A DNA stretch of 64,000 nucleotides from Gammaproteobacteria bacterium (GTDB taxonomy: Bacteria; Pseudomonadota; Gammaproteobacteria; Eutrophobiales; Eutrophobiaceae). Positions within the stretch are counted from its first letter, which is position 1; each line of letters starts with the position of its first letter. This document shows, one piece after another, positions 9,898-18,974 of the stretch. Below the pieces are notes generated by a model, which saw only the letters and a program-made list of their open reading frames with translations, made no database searches and was not told where the DNA came from. Location: positions 1,280,001-1,344,000 of the forward strand of contig OZ220696.1 in the NCBI GenBank assembly GCA_965116495.1, in the 5' to 3' direction. A program made the position numbers and the translations under genes.

Positions 9898-11043
9898 TCA
9901 TTTGGAAAAAATGTCCCTGCTGATAATCTCCTTCATGATTTCAGTGGAGCCACCGGCAATACGTCGAACTCGAGTATCGATAAAAAGACGGCCAATAGGG
10001 TATTCAAGGGTATAACCGTATCCACCATGGAGCTGGAGACACTGGTCCGCAGTTCTACCCAACAATTCGGTCGACAGCATCTTGGCCTTGGCAGCGTCAA
10101 CGGCATTCAATTCATTGACGTTCGCTAACTCCAGGCACCTGTCGATGAATACACGCAGGGCGGAGATTTCGGCTTCCAACTGGGCAAGCACAAAGCGCGT
10201 GTTTTGGAAATCGGCCACCACCGTACCAAATGCCTTTCTTTCCCTGGTATAGTCCACCGTCCATTTGATCGCCGCCTCAGCCATGGTAATTGCAGAGCAG
10301 GCGATGGTGATACGCTCATGGGCAAGGTTTGCGATGGCGATCCTGAACCCTTCATTTTCATTACCTATCAGGTTCTCAGCCGGCACTCGCACATCCTGGA
10401 AGAACAGTTCAGAGGTGTCCTGCGCCTTGAGTCCGATCTTTTCTATGTTCTGGCCACGGGCGAAACCTTCCCGGCTGGTCTCAACGATAATGAAGCTCAT
10501 GCCCCTGGCGCCGGCTGCAGGGTCGGTTTTACAGGCAAGAATAACTATATCTGCGAGCTGTCCATTAGAGATCCAGGTTTTCTGGCCGTTAATCACATAG
10601 TGTTCCCCGTCGCGAACGGCGCGGGTTTTGATTGCTTTAAGATCACTGCCCGCATCGGGTTCGGAAAGCCCTATCGCAGCGATCACCTCACCTGATACCA
10701 TCCTGGGCAGCCAATTTTTCTTTTGTTGTTCATTACCGAACCGGGTGATATACACGGCAGCCATATCAGAGTGGACGGCAAACCCGGGGCCTGTGGCAAG
10801 CGCCTTGGCAAGTTCTTCGTGGAGAACCACGTTAAAGAGGAAATCAGCGCCGGGCCCGCCGTACTCTTCTTCAACATTGCTGCAGAGCAACCCAGCCTCA
10901 CCGGCCTTCAGCCACAGCTCCCGCGGCACAACACCATCCTTGTCCCATTGATCATGGTAGGGGGTGATTTCAACTTCTATAAACCGGCGAACTGCATCAC
11001 GAAAAATTTCATGCTCCTCGTTAAATATCGTTCTGCGTATCAT
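9898..11043 (-). CDS. Acyl-CoA dehydrogenase (long-chain type)
   Basis: LSEPDAGSDL, NGQKTWISNG, QLHGGYGY, IAGGSTEIMK. Confidence 0.92.
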   Translation of the reverse strand: MIRRTIFNEEHEIFRDAVRRFIEVEITPYHDQWDKDGVVPRELWLKAGEAGLLCSNVEEEYGGPGADFLFNVVLHEELAKALATGPGFAVHSDMAAVYITRFGNEQQKKNWLPRMVSGEVIAAIGLSEPDAGSDLKAIKTRAVRDGEHYVINGQKTWISNGQLADIVILACKTDPAAGARGMSFIIVETSREGFARGQNIEKIGLKAQDTSELFFQDVRVPAENLIGNENEGFRIAIANLAHERITIACSAITMAEAAIKWTVDYTRERKAFGTVVADFQNTRFVLAQLEAEISALRVFIDRCLELANVNELNAVDAAKAKMLSTELLGRTADQCLQLHGGYGYTLEYPIGRLFIDTRVRRIAGGSTEIMKEIISRDIFSK

Positions 11044-11154
11044 ATTTTTCCGTAAGCATCATGTTCAACATCAACCTGGAATCCTATCCGGGTTTATCGA
11101 AAAGGCAAATCCGACGATCGCCGGCGGGACCCGAGGCCGTTACCTCGCCACATT

Positions 11155-11174
11155 AATATAGCATATGCTATATT
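11155..11174. promoter_or_regulatory. Perfect 20-bp palindromic operator (putative TetR site)
   Basis: AATATAGCATATGCTATATT in the divergent promoter region. Confidence 0.8.
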
Positions 11175-11225
11175 TATTTCAAGAACTGCTTCCTGTACGA
11201 TTGCTGTAGCTTGAAACGCTGAACT

Positions 11226-11245
11226 AATATAGCGTATGCTATATT
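11226..11245. promoter_or_regulatory. Palindromic operator (putative TetR site)
   Basis: AATATAGCGTATGCTATATT. Confidence 0.8.
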
Positions 11246-11289
11246 GAATTGGAAATTACGGTGTCTGCCTGGTTACCGGGGAATCAACT

Positions 11290-12741
11290 ATGAGTTCATC
11301 AGGAATTACCGGCTTTGGGGCCTACATTCCCCGCCTTCGCATCCAACGCAGCTTGATCGCGGATGCTCACGCCTGGATGGCGCCATCACTGCGTGGCGCA
11401 GCAAAAGGTGAACGGGCCTTTTGCAGTTGGGACGAGGATGCGATCACCATGGCCGTTGAGGCAGGACGTGACTGCCTGAGCGGCATTGGCGTCGAATCAA
11501 TAGAGAGCGTTGCCCTGGTCTCAACTACCCTGCCCTTCGCCGATTTGCAGAACAGTGCAGTCGTGTCCAGCGCACTGCAATTGAAAGCCAGCACTGAAAG
11601 TATGGACATTGCCGGTTCCCAGCGGGGCGGCACCTCCGGGCTTTCCCGGGCACTGCAATCGGAAAAGTCCTGCCTTATCATTGGATCGGAACGTCCCGTG
11701 GCCAAACCGGCCAGCGCTCAGGAACTGGCCTTTGGCGCAGGCGCGGCAGCAATCACCACCGGCAGTAAGGACGTGATTGCCGGGTACCTGGCCGGCGCTA
11801 CCGTGACAGCCAATTTTGTCGACCATTTTCGCGCCGCGGAGGAAAAGTATAACTATTACTGGGAAGATCGATGGGTCCGTGACGAAGCAATCCTCAAACT
11901 GGTACCGAAAGCGGCTGCCTCCGCACTTGACCAGGCCGGTATCAGCGTACGAGAGCTGGATCATCTGATCATGCCGCCGGTTCAACGAAACGCGGCCCAG
12001 GCGGTTGCGCGAAAACTGGGATTCGAGGGTAAACTGGCGGATGAACTGAAACAGAATTGCGGTTACACCGGTGCCGCGCACCCACTGTTAATGCTGGCCG
12101 GCGTACTTGAAGAGGCCGGAGCCGGGGAATACATACTGCTCATCGGGTTTGGCCAGGGTGTTGATGCCCTGCTGCTGCGAACAACCGAACACCTGGCTGC
12201 GCATCAACCGATGCGGGGAGTCAAGGGCAGCCTGGCTGACAAACTGGACACTTGTGATTACCTGCGCATGCTTTCATTCTACCAGGGGATAGAGCTGGAC
12301 TGGGGTATGCGCTCAGAAAAGAACTCCAAAACCATGTTGTCCGCCCAGTATCGAACCCTGAACCAGACAGCCGGTTTTAATGCGGGACGTTGCGCACAAT
12401 GTAATACCATACAGTTTCCACAACTACAGTATTGCGTTAATGACGGATGCCGGGCGCCGTCAGAACAATTTGAAAATATCTCCCTGGTAGACGAACCCTG
12501 CAAGGTATTCACGTTCACCAATGACTGGCTCTCCTATCATCCTGCCCCGCCCCTTAATGTTGGCTTTATCCAGTTTGACAATGGCGCGCGGGTGTCAATG
12601 GAAATGGTCGATGCAGGCCCCGGTGGACTTGCCGTTGGCGTGCCCATGCGTATCGTTTTCAGGATCAAGGAAATTGACTGGCAACGGTGTTATCGCAGAT
12701 ATTTCTGGAAAGCCACCCCCGAATTGATAAAAGAGGACTGA
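11290..12741 (+). CDS. HMG-CoA-synthase-like domain fused to a DUF35 zinc-ribbon/OB-fold domain (thiolase partner)
   Basis: GAYIPRLR and DEDAITMAVEA at the N-terminus; C-terminal CxxC...C..DGC and FRIK...YFWKA OB-fold. Confidence 0.85.
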   Translation: MSSSGITGFGAYIPRLRIQRSLIADAHAWMAPSLRGAAKGERAFCSWDEDAITMAVEAGRDCLSGIGVESIESVALVSTTLPFADLQNSAVVSSALQLKASTESMDIAGSQRGGTSGLSRALQSEKSCLIIGSERPVAKPASAQELAFGAGAAAITTGSKDVIAGYLAGATVTANFVDHFRAAEEKYNYYWEDRWVRDEAILKLVPKAAASALDQAGISVRELDHLIMPPVQRNAAQAVARKLGFEGKLADELKQNCGYTGAAHPLLMLAGVLEEAGAGEYILLIGFGQGVDALLLRTTEHLAAHQPMRGVKGSLADKLDTCDYLRMLSFYQGIELDWGMRSEKNSKTMLSAQYRTLNQTAGFNAGRCAQCNTIQFPQLQYCVNDGCRAPSEQFENISLVDEPCKVFTFTNDWLSYHPAPPLNVGFIQFDNGARVSMEMVDAGPGGLAVGVPMRIVFRIKEIDWQRCYRRYFWKATPELIKED

Positions 12742-12743
12742 AC

Positions 12744-13940
12744 ATGGCATCCGGCATCAAAGATAAAGTAGCAATACTGGGCATGGGTTGTTCGCAATTC
12801 GGCGAACGCTGGGACAAAGATTCACCCGATTTGATGGCGGAAGCCTTTGATGAAGCGCTGCTGGATGCCGGTGTGGAGCGTAATCAGATCGATGCGGCGT
12901 GGTACGGTTGTTGCACCGACTCGGTCAACGTTGGGAATTCGGCGATACCTGCATCCACTGCCTTACGGCTTGACGGTATCCCGGTAAGCCGTATGGAAAA
13001 TATGTGCGCCACAGGAACGGAAGCGCTACGCGGCGCAACTTATGCCGTTGCTGCCGGCGCCGCTGACATCGCGCTCGCCATCGGCGCGGAGAAATTGAAG
13101 GACACCGGTTACGGCGGGCTACCACCCGTATTCAAGGGTAACTTCAACGAACTCTGGTTACCACTGGGGTCCGCCCCGGCGGGATTTGCCCAACTCGCAC
13201 ACGGTTACGAACATAAACATGGCGTATCCCGGGAAGATATCAAGCAGGCCATGGCCCATATCTCCTGGAAAAGCCATCAGAATGGTACTCTCAGCCCCAA
13301 GGCGCACCTGCGTAAGGCCGTGTCCATGGAGACCATTCTCAACGCTCCCATGATATCCGATCCCATCGGGCTGTTTGATTGCTGCGGTGTATCGGATGGG
13401 GCCGCATGCGCCATTGTCACGACCCCGGAAATCGCACGCTCCCTGGGTAAGTCAGACCTGGTATCCATCAAGGCCCTGCAGCTTTCCATCAGCTCCGGTA
13501 TGGAATCCACAACCAATAGCTGGGATGGCAGCCATGTCCGAAATACCAGAATTGCCGCCCGGCGCGCCTACCGGGAGGCCGGGATCGACAAGCCCCGGGA
13601 AGAACTCAGCCTGATTGAGGTGCATGACTGTTTTTCCATTACCGAGTTGGTTACCATGGAAGACCTTTTCCTGTCCGAAGAGGGACAGGCAACCAGAGAT
13701 GTTATGGATGGGTTTTATGATCGCGACGGCGGAGTGCCGTGCCAGACAGATGGAGGGCTCAAGTGCTTTGGTCATCCTATCGGGGCATCCGGTCTGCGCA
13801 TGGCCTACGAGATCTACTCTCAGTTGCTGGACCGCGCCGGAGAACGACAACTGGATAGCCCCAGCATTGGCCTGGCACACAATCTCGGCGGCGTTCCATA
13901 CTTGAGCATTTCAGCAATTTCTATTCTCGGATTAATGTGA
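12744..13940 (+). CDS. SCP-x-type thiolase / acetyl-CoA acetyltransferase
   Basis: ENMCATG catalytic Cys, EVHDCF, GGLKCFGHPIGASG, HNLGG; start at ATG 12744 after GAGG. Confidence 0.9.
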   Translation: MASGIKDKVAILGMGCSQFGERWDKDSPDLMAEAFDEALLDAGVERNQIDAAWYGCCTDSVNVGNSAIPASTALRLDGIPVSRMENMCATGTEALRGATYAVAAGAADIALAIGAEKLKDTGYGGLPPVFKGNFNELWLPLGSAPAGFAQLAHGYEHKHGVSREDIKQAMAHISWKSHQNGTLSPKAHLRKAVSMETILNAPMISDPIGLFDCCGVSDGAACAIVTTPEIARSLGKSDLVSIKALQLSISSGMESTTNSWDGSHVRNTRIAARRAYREAGIDKPREELSLIEVHDCFSITELVTMEDLFLSEEGQATRDVMDGFYDRDGGVPCQTDGGLKCFGHPIGASGLRMAYEIYSQLLDRAGERQLDSPSIGLAHNLGGVPYLSISAISILGLM

Positions 13941-13950
13941 TTTCGCTAAA

Positions 13951-14421
13951 ATGATCCGTAAAATACCACTTCAGGATGTACCCGATTTAGTCGGTCAGGA
14001 AATTGGCGTTTCAGAATGGGAGACAATAACCCAGGACATGATTAACGCGTTTGCGGACGTCAGCGGTGATCACACCTGGATTCACGTGGATGTTGAAAGG
14101 GCAAAGCGCGAGCTTGGAGGGACTGTTGGTCACGGTTTTCTGACGCTGTCCCTGGTTCCGGCACACTGGCTCAGCATCGCTGAGATAACAGGGTGGGATT
14201 ACGGCTACATGTATGGGCTGGACAAGACCCGGTGGTTGCATCCCGTAACCAGTGGTACCCGCGTACGCTTACGCGCCACCATGCTTGAACCGGAGGATAG
14301 AAAAGGCGGCACCATCGTCAGTATTAACTGCGTGATTGAAATTGAGGGGGCAGATAAACCCGCCCTGGTGACCGACTGGAAAGAAATTTTTTATACACAT
14401 TCCGGTGATGACAGCGGCTAA
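13951..14421 (+). CDS. MaoC family dehydratase (NodN-like)
   Basis: FADVSGDHTWIHVD..RA and GHGFLTLS. Confidence 0.88.
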   Translation: MIRKIPLQDVPDLVGQEIGVSEWETITQDMINAFADVSGDHTWIHVDVERAKRELGGTVGHGFLTLSLVPAHWLSIAEITGWDYGYMYGLDKTRWLHPVTSGTRVRLRATMLEPEDRKGGTIVSINCVIEIEGADKPALVTDWKEIFYTHSGDDSG

Positions 14422-14424
14422 GTC

Positions 14425-15939
14425 ATGCATCCACGCCACTGGTCAGCAGTCTACCCCGACAAACCTGCTGTAATCGCTGTCACTGCCGGTGAAACTATCA
14501 GCTATAAAGAGCTGAATGACCGGTCTGTTCAATGTGCCAACCTGTTGCGTCAGGCAGGGTTAAAGCCGGGGGACCACATGGCAGTGATCATGGAAAATAA
14601 TCCCCGATTTTTTGAAATCAGCTGGGCGGCGCAACGGAGCGGACTTTATTTCACCGCTATTTCCTGGCGCTTCAAACCTGAAGAAGTGGTGTATATCCTC
14701 GAACACTGTGGCGCCAGGGTATTGTTTTCATCCACACAACAGAGGGAGCTATGCCGACGGTTGGGCAAGACCACTCGAGGACTCTCCTGTTTTATGGCGG
14801 GTGGGGAAATGGAAGGCTTTGAAAATTACGAGTCTGCCATAGCAGGGCAGCCAACTACGCCGTCCGGGAAGGAAACCCGGGGAGTGGATATGCTGTACTC
14901 TTCGGGGTCTACCGGAAGACCCAAGGCAATCAAAATTCCGATCGAGGATGCTGCCATCGATGAACCGGCCGCGCTTTATGCGTTCTTCGGCCGGCGCTAT
15001 CAATGGAATGAACAGACGAAATATCTCATGTCTGCACCGCTCTACCACTCCGGGCCGTTGCGCTTTTCCATGGCGCAACATTATTTTGGCGGCACCGTTG
15101 TAATGACTGAAAGGTTTGAGGCAGAACAAAACCTGGCCTTGATTGAACAATATCGGATCACCCATGCCCACTGGGTTCCGACCATGATGGTAAGGTTCCT
15201 GAAATTGCCTGATGCGGTGCGCAAGGCTTTTGACATCAGTTCACTTGAATTTGTCATGAGCGGCGCCGCCCCGGTTTCAGTGGAAACCAAACAAGCCATG
15301 ATCGACTGGTTAGGGCCCATCCTTGAAGAAGCCTACGGGGGTACGGAAGGTAATGGTGCGACCATGCTTAATTCAGAGGAGTGGCTGCAACACCCGGGTT
15401 CAGTGGGCAAGGCCGTGGGTTGTAGAGTACATGTTGTCGACGACGACGGTAACGAATTACCCGCCGGCCAGGTAGGCATAATTTATTTTGATGGACCTGA
15501 ATTTGAATATTACAAGGACCCGGAACAAACCAGGGAAGCCTATAACGACAAGGGTTGGAGTACCCTTGGCGATATTGGCTACTTGGATAAGGATGGCTAC
15601 CTTTACCTCACAGACCGTAAAACCGACGTAGCCATTATCAACGGTGTCAATGTTTATCCTCTCGAAGCAGAACAGTTACTGATCAATCACCCCAAGGTAA
15701 TTGATGCCGCTGTTTTCGGCTTGCCGGATGGTGACAGTGGTGAGCGCCTTCACGCCGTTGTTCAACCCGCCGGGAGCAGTCTTCCGGGTAAGGCGCTCTC
15801 GGTTGAATTGATTGACTATTGCCGGGCAAGAATCGCCGCATTCAAATGTCCTCATACGATTGATTTTCGCTCCCGGATCCCCCGCCACGAGACGGGAAAA
15901 CTGTACAAACGCCTGCTGAAAGAAGAATATTTACGATGA
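14425..15939 (+). CDS. Acyl-CoA synthetase (AMP-binding)
   Basis: YSSGSTGRPK, YGGTE, TLGDIGYLD, PRHETGKL. Confidence 0.93.
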   Translation: MHPRHWSAVYPDKPAVIAVTAGETISYKELNDRSVQCANLLRQAGLKPGDHMAVIMENNPRFFEISWAAQRSGLYFTAISWRFKPEEVVYILEHCGARVLFSSTQQRELCRRLGKTTRGLSCFMAGGEMEGFENYESAIAGQPTTPSGKETRGVDMLYSSGSTGRPKAIKIPIEDAAIDEPAALYAFFGRRYQWNEQTKYLMSAPLYHSGPLRFSMAQHYFGGTVVMTERFEAEQNLALIEQYRITHAHWVPTMMVRFLKLPDAVRKAFDISSLEFVMSGAAPVSVETKQAMIDWLGPILEEAYGGTEGNGATMLNSEEWLQHPGSVGKAVGCRVHVVDDDGNELPAGQVGIIYFDGPEFEYYKDPEQTREAYNDKGWSTLGDIGYLDKDGYLYLTDRKTDVAIINGVNVYPLEAEQLLINHPKVIDAAVFGLPDGDSGERLHAVVQPAGSSLPGKALSVELIDYCRARIAAFKCPHTIDFRSRIPRHETGKLYKRLLKEEYLR

Positions 15940-15954
15940 GGACACTCGAAGATT

Positions 15955-16416
15955 ATGCCTGATTCAACCTACGACCGTTTACATGGCTATTACCTGGAAG
16001 ACCTCAGTCTCGGTATGAGTGATGACTTTACAAAAACAATTACCGAATCTGACATTCTGATCTATGCAGGTGTTTCAGGCGACAACAACCCCCTGCACCT
16101 CGATGAAGAGTTTGCATCACAAACCAGATTCAAAGGCAGAATATCACACGGAATGCTGACAACAAGCCTCTGGTCAACCATCGTTGGTACAAAACTTCCC
16201 GGGCCAGGTAGTGCCTATATGAGGCAGGACATGAAGTTCCTGAAACCGGTGCGTATTGGCGATTCGGTCACTGCAACCATGACAGTGGTCGAGGTAAACG
16301 TTGAAAAACAGCAAGTGACCCTGGATGCTGAATGCCTTGTCGAGGGCGAACTTGTGGCGACCGGCCGCGGTCTTGTCTGGGTGCCCAAAAAGCAGGCAAG
16401 CGCCCCAAACGCATAA
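15955..16416 (+). CDS. MaoC/PhaJ-like (R)-specific enoyl-CoA hydratase
   Basis: SGDNNPLHLD and RISHGML..LPGPG. Confidence 0.88.
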   Translation: MPDSTYDRLHGYYLEDLSLGMSDDFTKTITESDILIYAGVSGDNNPLHLDEEFASQTRFKGRISHGMLTTSLWSTIVGTKLPGPGSAYMRQDMKFLKPVRIGDSVTATMTVVEVNVEKQQVTLDAECLVEGELVATGRGLVWVPKKQASAPNA

Positions 16417-16431
16417 ACGTCAGGTGTCGCG

Positions 16432-17136
16432 TCAGGTTGCGACCCTGGTGTAGTCCTGGTTTTGAATCGCCTTGACCGTGTACCGCCATATGATGCCGAT
16501 CCACAAAAAGAAAACGGATGCGACGAGCCAGAATCCAATCACGCCATTCCAGGCGAAGGGGCCGCCATGAAAAAACGGCAACAGCACACCTGGAAGGAAA
16601 AGGACCGCGACCCAGAAATTAACAAACCCGAGCCAGCGGGGAAAGAGGGTTTTGTCACTCTTGTCACCAAGAATACATAAGCCGAACGATACGACCTGAA
16701 TAGCTAGCGGCGGATAGGCGCCAATAAACATCAGCCATGCCAAATCGTTAAAAATCTGGATGTTTTGAGCCGACATATCCGGCCGGTAGGCAGCGGCCAG
16801 CACAAAATAACCTGTGAAGAGCACCGTTAATACTGCGCCTGAGGCTGACGCCATTTGTACGCGCGATAATATGGGATCTTCATATCCTTCTATTCGTCTC
16901 ATTTGACCAGCGATTGCAGCAGAAAATGACCAGAAGAATACACCGCTGAAAACACAAAGGCTGATACCAATGCGAATATATTGTCTGTCGGCGGAATACA
17001 TCGCCTGAATCGCTTCAGCATTGAGTCCCGGTTCAACGGGAGGGAACCAACCAGGAATAAAAAACCACCCTGCACCAAGTAAGACAGCGAAGACAAGTCC
17101 GCTGTGCGCACAGATTAGCTGATTACGTTTATTCAT
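16432..17136 (-). CDS. Integral membrane protein of unknown function
   Basis: About 6 hydrophobic segments; FNDLAW, FPRWLG and GPFAWNG motifs; divergent from the Cox3-like gene. Confidence 0.75.
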   Translation of the reverse strand: MNKRNQLICAHSGLVFAVLLGAGWFFIPGWFPPVEPGLNAEAIQAMYSADRQYIRIGISLCVFSGVFFWSFSAAIAGQMRRIEGYEDPILSRVQMASASGAVLTVLFTGYFVLAAAYRPDMSAQNIQIFNDLAWLMFIGAYPPLAIQVVSFGLCILGDKSDKTLFPRWLGFVNFWVAVLFLPGVLLPFFHGGPFAWNGVIGFWLVASVFFLWIGIIWRYTVKAIQNQDYTRVAT

Positions 17137-17183
17137 TTTATTTATCCTTACGGTTTTGGCCCGGATGACATTTTGCCATTATA

Positions 17184-17214
17184 TATAGCATGTGCTAATA
17201 TAGCATACGTTATA
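17184..17214. promoter_or_regulatory. Two overlapping operator copies (putative TetR sites)
   Basis: TATAGCATGTGCTAAT and TATAGCATACGTTATA. Confidence 0.7.
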
Positions 17215-17253
17215 ATATAATAGAGCGCACTTTCATTCATCCATTACCGGTAT

Positions 17254-17862
17254 ATGTCGTCAATCGCATCTGACACACGGTTAAGTCAACCAGAGGGGGG
17301 AATTTACCGCACTCCGGGCGAAATCGGAATCTGGGTGTTCATCTTTGGCGATTTACTGGTTTTTTCACTATTTTTCGCCGTATTTCTGTTTTACAGGCGT
17401 GTTGACGTTGAGTTGTTCAACGCTTCCCAGGCGCAGCTCAACCAGGTATTTGGCCTGATCAATACGGTTCTGCTTTTGAGCAGTTCCTGGCTGGTGGCAA
17501 CCGCAGTGCATAGCGCCCGCTCAGGAGTCGAAAAAACGCCTCCGGTCATGTTCCTGATGGCGCTTGGATGCGGCGTGGTTTTTATCATTAACAAGGTCTT
17601 TGAGTACGGTGAAAAAATACAGGCGGGCATTACTGTCAATACCAACGATTTTTTTATGTATTTCTTTATTTTCACCGGTGTCCATGCCTTTCACGTGCTG
17701 ATCGGAATCGGAGTACTGGCCTATCTGGCCAACTATAGCTGGTCACGACGCGGCTCGATGTCAACATCGGACCTGCAGAATCTTGAGAGCGGCGGCATTT
17801 TCTGGCACCTGGTTGACCTGCTGTGGATTATCCTGTTTGCCTTGCTGTACCTGGTGAATTGA
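17254..17862 (+). CDS. Cytochrome c oxidase subunit III family protein (NorE-like, orphan)
   Basis: GIWVFIFGD, NTVLLLSSS, TGVHAFHV, FWHLVDLLWI. Confidence 0.88.
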   Translation: MSSIASDTRLSQPEGGIYRTPGEIGIWVFIFGDLLVFSLFFAVFLFYRRVDVELFNASQAQLNQVFGLINTVLLLSSSWLVATAVHSARSGVEKTPPVMFLMALGCGVVFIINKVFEYGEKIQAGITVNTNDFFMYFFIFTGVHAFHVLIGIGVLAYLANYSWSRRGSMSTSDLQNLESGGIFWHLVDLLWIILFALLYLVN

Positions 17863-17866
17863 CACC

Positions 17867-18139
17867 ATGAGAACACTGATCGCAACTCGAATTTCCTTAA
17901 TTCTTGCCCTGCTTGTCGGCGCCACATTGCTGTCCTGGTTTCTGGATCAGGGACAGGGGTCGAGTAGTTCTCAATACGCCAGTATTGCTATCCTTATCAT
18001 TGCTTTTGTCAAAGTCCGCTTCGTGATTACAGAATTCATGGAGGCCAGGATCGCGCCATTACCCCTCAAATTACTGGCCGACGGCTGGTGCGTGTCAGTT
18101 TGCACCCTGTTAATCGCACTGTTACTCATTGCAGCCTGA
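17867..18139 (+). CDS. Cytochrome c oxidase subunit IV family protein (orphan)
   Basis: 3 TM segments, AFVKVRFVITEFME; follows the Cox3-like gene. Confidence 0.78.
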   Translation: MRTLIATRISLILALLVGATLLSWFLDQGQGSSSSQYASIAILIIAFVKVRFVITEFMEARIAPLPLKLLADGWCVSVCTLLIALLLIAA

Positions 18140-18176
18140 CCCTTGATTTCTACCGAAAAACCCTCAACGGAGGCCA

Positions 18177-18971
18177 ATGGCAACAACCGGCGTACTAGAC
18201 ATCAAAACCAATACAAAGGGTATCCGGACGATCACCATGAACCGTCCCGAGGTGCACAACGCTTTCGACGATAACCAGGTACAGCGCCTGATCCAGGCTT
18301 TTGAGAATGCTGCAACGGATAATAATGTTCGGGTAGTTGTGCTGGCCGGCGCCGGCAAGAGCTTTTCTGCAGGAGGCGATATCGACTATATGCGCCGCAT
18401 GGGAGAAAACAGTTACGAGCAAAACCTCGCAGACGGCGGTCAGCTGGCGCAACTGATGAAGTCCCTGAATAACCTGCCTAAGCCTACCATTGCCCGGGTT
18501 CAGGGCGCAACCATGGGCGGCGGTGTCGGCCTGGTGTGCTGCTGCGACTACGCGATCGGCTCCCCTCGCGCCAGGTTTGCAACCAGTGAGGTAAAACTGG
18601 GTGTTCTTCCCGCTACTATTGCTCCCTACGTGGTTGCCACGATTGGCGAGAAGGCCGCGCGGCGTATGTTCATGAGCGGGCAGCCCGTGTCGGACGAGCA
18701 AGCCGTGGCCCTGGGCATCTTGAGCGACGTGGTTCCTGAAGAGAAACTGGACAGGGCCGTGGAGGCGCTGGCGGATACCCTGGTGAAAAACGGTCCCGAT
18801 GCCGTGCGCCTGGCCAAGCAACTGACCTTTGATGTGTCCCACCGCCCGGTTTCCGAAGAGCTGATCGCCGCTACCGTGCGGCTGATTGCCGATGTACGTG
18901 ATTCCGATGAGGGTCGGGAGGGTCTCAATGCCTTCCTGCAAAAACGCCCACCCAACTGGACTGAAGAGTAA
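18177..18971 (+). CDS. Enoyl-CoA hydratase/crotonase (methylglutaconyl-/isohexenylglutaconyl-CoA hydratase-like)
   Basis: NRPEVHNAF, FSAGGD, GGGVGL, SEVKLG, EGREGLNAFLQKR. Confidence 0.88.
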   Translation: MATTGVLDIKTNTKGIRTITMNRPEVHNAFDDNQVQRLIQAFENAATDNNVRVVVLAGAGKSFSAGGDIDYMRRMGENSYEQNLADGGQLAQLMKSLNNLPKPTIARVQGATMGGGVGLVCCCDYAIGSPRARFATSEVKLGVLPATIAPYVVATIGEKAARRMFMSGQPVSDEQAVALGILSDVVPEEKLDRAVEALADTLVKNGPDAVRLAKQLTFDVSHRPVSEELIAATVRLIADVRDSDEGREGLNAFLQKRPPNWTEE

Positions 18972-18974
18972 ACC

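Noticed and set aside
17254-18139. Functional terminal oxidase or NO reductase operon
   Set aside because: No catalytic subunit I/II or norBC genes in the window
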